The position numbers and the translations under genes were made by a program. A stretch of DNA of 63,742 nucleotides, the filler included, from Phoronis australis (lineage: Eukaryota; Animalia; Phoronida), in assembly GCA_002633005.1 (NCBI GenBank). It is 9 parts of 9 records of this genome, joined end to end, with 100 filler letters (N's around TTAATTAATTAA, not from the genome) between each part and the next. Parts side by side here need not be neighbours in the genome. Positions count along the whole stretch, not along the records: positions 33,646 to 42,751 come from NMRA01001846.1; positions 42,852 to 45,648 come from NMRA01003418.1; positions 45,749 to 51,202 come from NMRA01000969.1; 6 more parts are not named here. The stretch is one strand, 5' to 3'. Each line of letters starts with the position of its first letter. Position 1 is the stretch's first letter. Shown in pieces: positions 40,301-51,050 of this stretch. The notes beneath the pieces are model-generated. The model had not been told where the DNA came from. It saw nothing but the letters and a program-made list of their open reading frames with translations, and did not search any database.

Positions 40301-40988
40301 CGACAGGGCAGAGAGGGTGTCCAGTATGCCCCAGGAGGCTTTTAAGAGCTTACCATCAGCTAAAACATTAAGAACTTTAATATTGTGAACATAAAACAGC
40401 ATAAAATATAAATATGTTGACGTAGCATTTCGTGATGTTGTATACAAACTTTACAAGCTGTTTTCTCGAAACTCACTTTTTTGCAATTTCGAGATGTTTC
40501 TCCCCTTATAAAATTTGTTCTAGTGAACCTACTGTAATAAAACTTACCATTCCTATGTAAAATGGTCTGCTGAATGCAATGAGACATACTAGAAGTTCAC
40601 ATCTTTGAGATTTCTATGTTTTTTTTTGGATTTTGTTAAAAAAATTGTGAAACGAAAATAACTTTGTGTCGACAATTTTGTGCTACTCTCCAATTGTAAT
40701 TGAGGATGACTGAAATCATTCTTATTGCACTCACTAACATCTCTAGTGTGCATTAAAACTACTTTCATTCATTCTCAGGCAAACGTATGTTTTCAGGAAG
40801 GGGAAAAAAATGCGTAGTCAGCAATTTTCATTTTTTTGCTATTTTGATGGTTACCATGGCAACACTTCAATAAAATGAATGTTTTTATGTGTATTTTGGT
40901 GTGTTTTATCTGTGTGCCAAATTTCAACCAGTTATCTCAAACGGTTTTCATTCTGTGATTGGTTGAATTTTTGGCGTAGCCTCCCACC
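37400..40988 (+). mobile_element. Autonomous-looking Kolobok-type DNA transposon inserted in the nucleolin-like intron
   Basis: TTAA TSD (37396-37399 and 40989-40992). Imperfect TIRs GGTGGGACGCGGCAAGCCAAAA / TTTTGGCGTAGCCTCCCACC. Contains an intact spliced transposase. Confidence 0.82.
37965..40345 (+). CDS. DDE transposase, 2 exons (37965-38306 and 38849-40345), 612 aa
   Basis: Phase-0 intron GTAAGT...TTTCAG. Basic N-terminus, CPEC/CSKC zinc ribbon, FDGSWQKRG (D), LSDGDAKTY (D), CTNHVCKR, HARCP..SWC and SNANEAFHSTVW (E). No stops or frameshifts. Confidence 0.88.
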
Positions 40989-41358
40989 TTAANGGATTTT
41001 GTTAAAAAAATTGTGAAACGAAAATAACTTTGTGTCGACAATTTTGTGCTACTCTCCAATTGTAATTGAGGATGACTGAAATCATTCTTATTGCACTCAC
41101 TAACATCTCTAGTGTGCATTAAAACTACTTTCATTCATTCTCAGGCAAACGTATGTTTTCAGGAAGGGGAAAAAAATGCGTAGTCAGCAATTTTCATTTT
41201 TTTGCTATTTTGATGGTTACCATGGCAACACTTCAATAAAATGAATGTTTTTATGTGTATTTTGGTGTGTTTTATCTGTGTGCCAAATTTCAACCAGTTA
41301 TCTCAAACGGTTTTCATTCTGTGATTGGTTGAATTTTTGGCGCAGCCTCCCACCTTAA
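40628..41358. repeat. 365-bp direct duplication of the transposon right end, split by a single N (probable assembly overlap)
   Basis: 40628-40992 versus 40994-41358, with N at 40993. The copies are essentially identical. Confidence 0.85.
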
Positions 41359-42524
41359 ACTTTTTTACTCTGGCTGCGATCAAAACTCCCGATTTCTAAG
41401 GGCCGCCATTGGCTTTGTCACGGAGACATCGTTGCAGAGGGAATTGTACAGAACATCAATTGATATTTCAAAAAGTTAACCTTTTCTGTAAGGCGTTGGT
41501 ACATCTTACTGCACAGCAGTGGAAATTTGCCAGCATTTTAATGGCAAGAAAGGTGTTAAAACGCTGTTTAAAACAGTTGGTCGAACCGCCCGTCCCCATT
41601 ACATGGTAGGGATATTCCTGGACTGCGCCTTTGGACCATTAGCACACTGAAAGTGAAAAAGTGCAAGTACATTGCACCCTGGGTGCATCTTTTAAATGCA
41701 ACACATTTCCAGAAATGCAAGATTCTAGTCAACTTACAGCCGGTCTGGTAAAAAGGAGTCATCTTATTTCAATTGCCCTTGGGGTTTCTGTTTCATGTGC
41801 TACCACTTTCGTTACACAAAGTCTGGTGGGAATGACTCGTTGAAAAAAGGCACGCATTTTATCATCAGGTGTACCCAAAGGGCACAGGTTCAGTCTGGTC
41901 AGGAATATCCCTTCATGGGATCTGTAGGTGGTGCTGAATGATTGTCCACCAAAGACCTGATCCCCGCCTTGCGGTGTAGTGAATTTGAATATGAAAGTCA
42001 GCTATTTGACAGATGTATTTCCTTGAATGTGACAACAAGTGACTACACACCTGACTATCACTGTGCCCCTATTGCCAGTGTTTTACAGCCTTGTTCTTGT
42101 TGAGTAGAGCTTTGCTGGCTTGCTATGAACCCCTAAAAGCTATTTTAAGTTCACTAGCATTGAACCATTTAATGGCAATATTCAAAATGGCAATCTTCCC
42201 TTGTGTCAGCAGTATATGCGATGTACATAAAGGGTGTGTATCAACACTGCCTCTTTTGAGGTTTTTGTTGCATCCATCTAAGAAACATCAGCTGTCATTG
42301 CCACATTCAATACTGACTTCAAATTGAAAGTCCCAGAAGCTGTGTGTCATGATTCAAATGCTTAGAATTAGTCGTTTAAAATTTTGATTGCCAATTCTTT
42401 GTGAGGTGGCTCAGTCGACTAGGGATTACTTTCTTTTACTTTGATGATCTTGAGTGCACTGAGTGCGCACTGATATATAAAAGGTGAACGGTTAAACATG
42501 TTTGTACTGATGATCTTGTTGCAG

Positions 42525-42751
42525 AAGAAGCCCCACCTCAAAAAGTTGTGACACCGAATAAGAAGGCGCCGAAGCCGGCTGGCAAAGCTGTAGTTGCTCC
42601 ACCTGAGGAGTCCAGTGATGATGAAGAATCAGAGGATGATGATGAGGATGATGATGAAGATGATGATGAAGAAGGTGATGAAGAAGAGGAACTTCCTATG
42701 AAAGTGAAGGCTGCAGCTGCTGCTGTTAAACAGAATGTCGGGGAGGAGGAT
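42525..42751 (+). CDS. Nucleolin-like protein exon (truncated by the contig end)
   Basis: EEAPPQKVVTPNKKAPKPAGKAVVAPPEESSDDEESEDDDEDDD...: a TPxKK motif plus acidic tracts. Its phase-1 acceptor matches the previous exon. Confidence 0.68.
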
Positions 42752-43827
42752 NNNNNNNNNNNNNNNNNNNNNNNNNNNNNNNNNNNNNNNNNNNNTTAAT
42801 TAATTAANNNNNNNNNNNNNNNNNNNNNNNNNNNNNNNNNNNNNNNNNNNNCAAATATCCACACGGTTGTGCGGTTCCAAGGTGGTTCTGCTAAATCTTT
42901 TTTTTCTCGTTACCCGAGAATGAAGATGAGGTATTTTGCTAGACACAAGTGAAATATAATTGTAAAAATGGCCAATTTATTTGAATAAGGCTGGAGATAA
43001 CCTTAAATGAGTACATTTGCACTGAGGTAACTCCAGAAACAGAGATGAGTAAACATAAAATCTGAGACAAAAAATGACAACATGCTTCAACCACGCAGAG
43101 TGTTTAAGTTTATGTTGGACCTCAACGACAAGTCCATGTATGCAGTCGAATATCTACTAAAATTACTCATATATTTTCTGAAAGAGCAAAACCCAGTAGA
43201 ATTTGATTTTTGACTTCATTTCACTTAGGTACAGATAATGTCACACAAATATGTTTCAGTAAAATTTAAAAGAAAACTACATTCACAGGGAAAACATATT
43301 TTTTGAAAGGACAAAAACCAGTAGAATTTGATTTTTGACTTTATTTCATTTTGATAAAGATAAAGGCGCACAAATATGTTTCAGTAAAATTTATTGAAAA
43401 GCACGAGTGCATTCAAAGCAAAAACTGTTACCGTGGCAGCCAAAATATTAACCAAATTCTGTTTGATATTAATGTTCAAGATGAATTCTCAAAATGGCGT
43501 AACAGTTTTCTAATTTGCTATTTCATTTTTGTTTTGTACAGCTTTTGAGTTTAACATAAAAATCATGGAAGTCCTGTTTTTTCATAGCGCATAAAGCATA
43601 GTGAATGAGTTCCATTTAAATCAAATCTACCATTTCTTAGATACAACAGTCTGAAACATGTTATCCTAATTTGAATTTTTCTAAGGTACATATTAACCTT
43701 ACCATTGGAATATATCTCTATGGTAACAGGGGATTTGCATTCTTAAAATGAGCCTGAACTGATAGCGTTCCCTTAACGCTAGCAAATTAACCATGTGACC
43801 TAATAACTAAGCCATGTGACCTCATAC

Positions 43828-44027
43828 CTTAGCCCAGTTATGCAGTTCCTCCAGCTGAGTTGTGCTCAGGTCACACACCCCCAAACTGAGCACTTTGTTT
43901 TCGTCAACCAGCTGCTCCAATCTCTCCCAGACAGGTCGTAGGTCATCCAGGGTCAGCAAGGTCACATCGTCGGGAAATGAGACAAGCACGCTGTCCAACT
44001 GTGGCAGATCACCGAGCACTTTACACA
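43828..44027 (-). CDS. GCLM: Glutamate-cysteine ligase modifier (regulatory) subunit, internal exon
   Basis: CKVLGDLPQLDSVLVSFP...LRPVWERLEQLVDENKVLSLGVCDLSTTQLEELHNWAK resembles GCLM CSVLGVAQLDSVII...LQPYWEELENLV..KI..IG.SDL..TQLEQLYQWA. AG/GT boundaries present. Confidence 0.88.
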
Positions 44028-44789
44028 CTTAAGGAAAAGAGCAAAACTTAAGTATTTGGTTGCATGCCACTTAAAAAATTACCAATACCTGGTGTCTGAA
44101 GAAAACCAATGGAGTTCACATGACATAATCCGCATTCAAAACTCACTGCATTCTTTAGGGGTATCAAGATCACCCTTAGGTAAGCACTATGTTGTCAGGT
44201 ATTGTTCTGCTTGGGCATGTTTTACACTAGAGGTCATGACATATCGACAAATGAGCAGCAGTTGCAATGCTTGTGTTAAGCAATGCTTCCACACAAGTGA
44301 TGACAAAGTTTGGTTTTCAAACAGGCGGCAGTTTCCACTGTCACAGATCTCTGTTTTCTAATCCCCGAACGAAAGAAGCCGGTTATAAAAGTCCCGAAGC
44401 TATGGGAAGTGCCTATTGTAAGAAACATTGAGGTTGGGAAATAAGAAGAAGCATCTAATGTCAGGTGATATATGTTGCGCCTTAGCATAGCAGTGAGACT
44501 AACGGCTCATTTCCATGCATAACAATTGACGGACCATCAATACACTGGAACATAATTATTACATGCCGGGGAATTTTGTAACGTTTGTGGTTGGCAGACT
44601 GGTTCTCAAAATCCAGGAGCCCAATAAGTGGCTATTGTCATGAAGTCAAACTCATTTAATTGAGACTTGTTTCTACAGTAAAAAACGTTCACAGTCAACC
44701 GGAATGGTTCAGTATGAGCCTTATGATACAATGTGTGTACTGGAAGTTATGTATCGTATTTGGTGAGGGCTGGTGACTATCAATCTCAA

Positions 44790-44955
44790 CACATTTATGA
44801 CTTCATGTAATGATGATTACTGACTACGAATATCAATGTGTTTATGACTTTATATAATGATGATTATTAGAAATAACAGTGAACATTGATATGTTTATGA
44901 CTTTACATAATGATAGTTACTAGATAACAGTGAATATCAACACATTTATGACTTA
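44790..44955. repeat. Degenerate minisatellite of about 50-55 bp (TTTATGACTT...AATGATGATTA...AACAGTGAA)
   Basis: Three to four imperfect direct copies. Confidence 0.6.
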
Positions 44956-45748
44956 ACAGAGCCCTTGCTATCCTGAGGGAAAAAGTGTTCTGCTTCCTGA
45001 GCTGGGGTATTTCCCTAACAGTGAAGGGAAAATACCCTTGTTTGTCATCAGTTCGAGGTTTTTGTGAATTGAATTTCACTGGAATGCTTTGAGCATTGGA
45101 GGGCAATTGTAGGGCCTGCTGAGATGAATTTCGCGTTACTTTAATATGTTTTTTCAGAGGGGAATGGAACCAGGAACTGCCCCCAAAAAATCAAAGCACC
45201 GAGGTCTTGTTTAACGTAATGGTTACAGAGATAACAGTGAATATTTATCACTCACTTTTTTAATTTTCTCAAAGAGTTGAACACATTGTTGAGCACCTTC
45301 CAAGAAAGTGATTTAAGTTAATTTTTGACTTAAGTCTTAAAATTTTTCTCAACTTCCAAACTTTGAAACTGAAACATCCGGTAAGTTAAAATTAAGACAA
45401 AACTTTAAGTAAAAAACTTAGGTCATACTTAGGATGTCTTTCTTGAAACGGGCTTGAGAAAAATTTAACTTCTATCTTACAATTGACTGAAATTTAAGAT
45501 TTGTCCTTAGTTAAGTCAGTTTTCTTGCAATGGGCCTTGTAATATAATGAGGCTATGCCCTCCATGTGCAATAAATTTCAGGGGATATGCTATCTCTGAG
45601 GTAGTTAAATCCAGGGATAGTGCTCTGATGTTGAAAACCCAGGAATAGNNNNNNNNNNNNNNNNNNNNNNNNNNNNNNNNNNNNNNNNNNNNTTAATTAA
45701 TTAANNNNNNNNNNNNNNNNNNNNNNNNNNNNNNNNNNNNNNNNNNNN

Positions 45749-46582
45749 TCTAGAGTCTTTCAATGGCGGTCGTGAAGAACAGTAAGGCCGTACCTGCATG
45801 AATGAAGTCAATTTTGAGATCCGAAATTTGTGAGTATTTAACGCGGCAGGTAAGAGCATAATCTAAACATTTTCTCGATGATCTAAAAACTCTATTTTGG
45901 CGCGTAAAAATGGCGGGAAAATTTTGCGACCTGGAATTTACGAATGCGAGCTGGATTTTGAAAATGCGACCTGGGATTTTGGCTAGGTCGCAAAATGCGA
46001 CCTGGCGATTTTAATAGCGTCGAGCCCTGTTCACCTTTTTTTTGTCACATGTTTTTCAAACGTCGAGTTAAGTTGCAAAATTTGGGTTGCGAACAAAAAG
46101 TGGAGGGAATTTGCACTCCGAATTAGGTTGGATCTTTAACGACTTTGATGACAGCCAGTAGCAGGTCAGACCTAGCAAAATCACGGATACGTTTTCAACA
46201 GGCATTTTTTTCCCTTTTCAAATCGCAAACGTAGCTACTCGAATGCACGTGTCAGTTAGGGAGCACTGATTCAACTTTCACGTCGGCAACTTGCCTTGCG
46301 TTTTAGGGCCTTTCAATGGCGGTCGTGAAGAACAGTAATACCGTACCAGCATGAACGAACTCAGTTTTGCGATCTGAAATTTGTCAGTATTTAACGCTGC
46401 AGGTAAGATCATAATCTAAACATTTTCTCGGCGAGCTAAAAAATCAATTATGGACCTTAAAAATGGCGGGAAATTTTTGCGACCTGGCATTTATGAATGC
46501 GAGCTGGATTTTGAAAATGAGACCTTTGATTTTGGCTAGGTCGCAAAATGCGACCAGGCAATTTGAATAGCGTCGAGCCCTG
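45749..46582 (+). repeat. Two tandem copies of the right end of the CAGGGCTCG-family element
   Basis: High similarity to about 13490-14014. Both copies end in AATAGCGTCGAGCCCTG (46029 and 46582). Confidence 0.8.
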
Positions 46583-46732
46583 AAAACTCAATAAATTTAC
46601 ACGAAACAGAGGTTCAACAAACCATGAAGAATTATTCTTTCTCCCAATACCATTCACGGTGTCCTGTTCCGGCGACTTCGTAAGAAATTCACAGTCAAAG
46701 AACAAAAATGTTCACAAAATGCCGCCACACAC

Positions 46733-46905
46733 TTTCATCGTGGGCCGCTCGAGGTCAAGGACGGTACGGAAATTGCCAGTTTGTCGCGTAAAGTCACGAT
46801 GTCGATAACTCTACACTTAGCCACCAGTAGAAAAACTATTGAGTACTTTCGTAACTCACCGGCAATTTCCGTACCATCCTTGACCTCGAGCGGCCCACGA
46901 TGAAA
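46733..46905. repeat. 45-bp inverted repeat (1 mismatch) with an 83-nt spacer; MITE or hairpin
   Basis: TTTCATCGTGGGCCGCTCGAGGTCAAGGACGGTACGGAAATTGCC (46733-46777) versus its reverse complement at 46861-46905. Confidence 0.85.
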
Positions 46906-48075
46906 ATGTTGTGAATGTTGGTTTGTGTGGTCTCGTCTTTTGTGTTGTCTCGTGTGTTCGTGTTCGTCCGTGGGTTTCCGTCAGTGGCCGGATGTTGTAA
47001 GTTCTAGTTTTGTAACGTGACTGGGGAATCGAGAGATCTCTCTTCGTGTGGCTCTGCTGCACGCAGGACGTCTGCGTTTGTGCATCGTCATCTGAAGCGT
47101 GTATTCAAGCTTTCATATGAGTAAAGGTAAGCTGCACGAAAACCTGTGTATCAAGTCACAACAAAAGTGTGTGGGGGCTTTTTGGACGCCTGTGATTTAA
47201 ACTGTTGCTGTAGGAACTAAAATTGTTTTCTTGCTTCTTTAAAAGTGTGTAACAGGAGTGCCCTGGACATAATTATGTAAGATATATGCGCCCTCTAGTG
47301 GTCAAGCTGTGTATTACGTATGGAATTTTCCTATGATGTTGAGTCTTTTGGACATGGCCAAATATGGTCAGAAGTTAGGAGCTATGGGCCTTGCCCTTCA
47401 GATCGTGTCTGATTGGTTGAAATTGTGTACTTAAGCTTTGTCTCTGTCAGACACGAGGAGTCCAGTCGCAGAGTTCAAGAAGCAAGCATGTACACCTTCA
47501 CTCCCACCAAATTGCAACTGTTTGTGCAGCTTTCGGGCTCCTCCCGAACTTGGTTGCCAATAGTTTAGCCCCATGCAATTCTCGGGCTCCTCCTGAGCTT
47601 GATTGCATCTCACCTTTCGGATCTGAATAACCAAATTGCCCCGTTCTTGCACACATAACTATTAATCAGCGATTGGCTTGCCCGTGTATCAGAACTGTAT
47701 AAATCACAACGCTGCGATACTAAATCACGGAACAACTGGATTGCTTGTAAGTGTGAAATATTGTAGTCATATATTCCTACAATAAACCTATGTATTATTC
47801 ACCAACTTTTAGTTTTCAATATCACCCTCAGTCCGCACCGATCGGGGCGCCTTGGTCGTAGATACCGCCCACGTTACAAGTGAAAGAAGTCGCCATAAAG
47901 GATTTTAAATACTCAAAAGTCGAAGTCTTTAGGGTTCGGGACACGATCGTACGGTCTATGGCCATTTTAGCGTCGGTGACACGACCATCGCCACCATATT
48001 CGTGACGTAATGCCGGGCAGGGCCGACGAGACGATGCGCGGCGCCGATCAAGCAAAGTTGCAAAAATTGACCTAC

Positions 48076-48149
48076 CAAAAGAACAACCTTGATATGAAGT
48101 TGGCATTTTGCATTGGATTGGGGTTGCTGTGCACCCCGCTTTCGTCCAT
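48076..48149 (-). CDS. ABCC4: ABC transporter C family (MRP4-like), first coding exon
   Basis: MDESGVHSNPNPMQNANFISRLFFW resembles ABCC4 PNPLQDANLCSRVFFW. 74-nt exon split within the Trp codon, GTAGGT donor. Confidence 0.78.
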
Positions 48150-49059
48150 AGTCAACTGTTCGCCGTCATTCAACGTCTGATCTGAGGAAGAGTACACACA
48201 CACTATTTCACCATCAGCTGGTCTGATTTCTGCTTGTTGTGTAACCGGAAATCGTGGAAACACCCGTTTTCATTTTTTCGAAATCATGATAAAGATTCAG
48301 TCTTTAATTTTTATGAAATCTATTGGATGAAATAATTAATTGTTTTCTAAAAATGCAACCAACTTAGTTTTTCAATCCAACAATAAAATATAGTATGACG
48401 AAATGAGATAAATATAGCTCATTGCCATGGTCTGAAGTCTTTGACCAAAGTGTTCCCAGCATGCAATAGTTTTGCACACCTGTAGTAGGTTAGCACACCT
48501 GTTAATACCACACGGTTCGCGAAAGTACATAGATAGTGTAGTTCCCGATAAGTTTAAAACATTTACATAAGCACCGTTGCTCGTAGTGAAATGCAGTTGC
48601 GCTGCACAATGCAGTAAGCAAATCGATCTGCCACGGGCATTTAAGTTGAGCGTGACCTTCAATGTGTAACCTACTACTAGGTCATTCAAAGACGTACAGA
48701 GTTCAGAGGCTTAGCGCTTGCGGAACCAGCTAAACAACTTTACCCGATCAAGTAATCTATTTTTGACGTTAGTCTTAAGTTTATTTCACTGAGAGTCGTA
48801 TTTTCTATCGTGACACTATGGCTATCATAGCACTCGATCGACGAGAAGTGCCTAGTTTTCGTGACATATTAAACGCCGGCGGAACGGCGTAACAGTCTTG
48901 CCTCCTGGGAATGCCATATAATTACAAAACCTCCTGTTTGGTTTCCAACATCAGAGGAGAGTCAGTTTCTATTATTCGGGAATATTATCGTGATTTTTTT
49001 TTCTGCCGGGACTAGTCTCCCCGGCTAAAAACCGCCTCTGAGGTACTAGTATCCAACTA

Positions 49060-49125
49060 TTATTACACCTAGGCTGACGATGGCCGGAGAAAAGACCGAC
49101 CGAAACGTCGTGACAGTGTATGTAG
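49060..49125 (+). ncRNA. Possible degenerate minimal hammerhead ribozyme (Penelope-type)
   Basis: CTGACGA-tGGCCGG-agaaaaga-CCGACC-GAAA-CGTC gives the core boxes and stem II. Stem I pairing is weak. Confidence 0.4.
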
Positions 49126-50444
49126 ACTAGAAGTCGGTGTAAATAGACCAAGAGATTTTAATAATATTTTTTCTGATGTAACTGTTAAGTTTTAGTTGCG
49201 CCAGCACGAAGTCATCTCCGGTGGTCTGAAAATTATAGGTTGCCGCGTTTTTGTGTCTTTATTGTCATTGCTGCAAGACGCGACCCCCGAAGGTCATTTT
49301 CCTCTCGCGGTAACTTGCAATGGATCTTTAGTTTCTTATATTCATGTTTACATGCCGAAAGCTCAGGGAAATCGACTGATCGCGGCACTCGGCGGTTCTT
49401 TTTACAACAGAATTGACAGTTTTAGTGATGGAACCTTACTCGTGCCTCAAACACCAAAGCCAGTGTAATTTAAAGTAACCTCTAATTAAAGAAATTGATG
49501 TTTCGGGAAATTTTGACCTAGGTTGATGAAATTCGTTCAGTTCTGTATCATTTGGGGGAGATGCCAGACACCTGAAACTCGGCGGATACTCAATGAATCG
49601 AGGCATTACAGCGTCCTGTCGTTCAGTAACTTTTCCAGACGTGAGGGGTGCTGAACGTGCGATAATATCTCATTTTTATCAGCCCACCCCAGTCAGGCTA
49701 GATACGATCTGATCGGAAATTCTAGAGCAAATTATCAAACAAAAGAGGGCAGGCCCTCCAACCATCAACGCCAGAATGGAGTTAATTGGCTACGGGGGGT
49801 AAACTTCCCAACTCTAAGTTGTTTTTGGGCTATACCACAAGTTGGGAGCAACGGGATGTCGCCGTCATGTTTTGACTGAACAGTCAGTTCACTTGGATCC
49901 TGTACCTTCAGTTAGCACTGACTAGTTAAGTGAACTTTCTCCAAAGTGGACCTAATAAAGTTCATTTTTAAGAAAGGCACACTCATAGCAATGATAACCC
50001 ATTGGTCGGTGATTTTAATGAAGCGGCTTTTTTGAAGTGAAAGCTTCAGAATTCACCTCAAAAACGCTGTTAGAAATTCTAGATTACTCATTTAGTTTTG
50101 TTTCCAAGCCAAATTAACTCGCAAAACTTAAGGTATCTTCTTTCATATAGCAGTCGTATTCGTCTATCTACGGTACGCAATTAAAGCTACGTACGCTTAT
50201 AAGGAAATCCTATATAATAGCGTTTTCGAGATTGATCTGTAAATATGAAAATTGGAAAGTTTCAATGAAATTCAGTACAGTGCTGCTTTCGAGAACTCGT
50301 GTTCCCAAGTTCAAATTAAGTCGATTTCCCGAACCCAAGAAAAAGCGGCAAACGTTACGAGTCGGCAAAATCTCAGGCTTTCCGATCACTATAATTGTAG
50401 AGTAAATGGATTTGACAGTTATGGGTTTCACCTTTTAGACATTA

Positions 50445-50602
50445 CATGGGCAGCGAAGCACTGGAAAAAGTGGGGGAGCTAAAGCCTCCTCAGCCCCCCT
50501 GTGGCCGAGGTGCACCGCCTATAGACCACGTGCGGCGTAGCACTGAAAAAAGTGGGGCTATAGCCCCCCCTCCCCAGTCCCCTATATGGTGCGCTGCCCA
50601 TG
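50445..50602. mobile_element. Short GC-rich MITE (CATGGGCAGCG...CGCTGCCCATG)
   Basis: 11-bp TIR. A related sequence in the opposite orientation lies at about 60507-60622. Confidence 0.55.
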
Positions 50603-50954
50603 CATTATTTCTAGGTCTTTGTCTTTAGTGAGAGCGTTATGCATGCGACCACGTGACTCTAGTACAGCAAGTAAGTAAAATGTTTATTTTCCATCGATAC
50701 AGGAAAATACAAAACCAGAAAAAAACATAAACATCAATGCTAGTTCACCGATCAACTATGATATATATTCAGATATACAATGAGACATATACAAAGGTGC
50801 AGTAAGTGAGATACGTACAGTGAAATATATACAATGACAGTGATATCTTACTTCATTTATAAAAGACGTAATTATACATAAAGTGCAACTCTGACAGGTA
50901 CATTCTTCAAGAAAATGACAGCGTACTGCTGAAAGTTACTACATCAGCACAACA

Positions 50955-51050
50955 CCTAACATTGTTCGTTAATTGGTTCCACAGTATAGCTCCATGTTGT
51001 TTAATAAAATTTGTCCCATAAGTTGTCGTATTGGACCTTGTAACCATCAA
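50955..51050 (-). mobile_element. Non-LTR retrotransposon ORF2 C-terminal remnant
   Basis: VTRSNTTTYGTNFIKQHGAILWNQLTNNVR matches the TT.YG..S....GA.LWN.L tail of L2/CR1-group ORF2. Confidence 0.5.

Noticed and set aside
40628-41358. Duplicated transposon right end suggesting long terminal direct repeats (KolobokP-like architecture)
   Set aside because: The copies are adjacent, nearly identical and separated by one N, which is typical of an unmerged contig overlap. There is no matching repeat at the left end.
42441-42512. Box C/D snoRNA candidate (TGATGA...CTGA) in the nucleolin-like intron
   Set aside because: The C box lacks the leading purine, there is no terminal stem, and the last CTGA lies about 14 nt from the acceptor, where it is better explained as a branch point.
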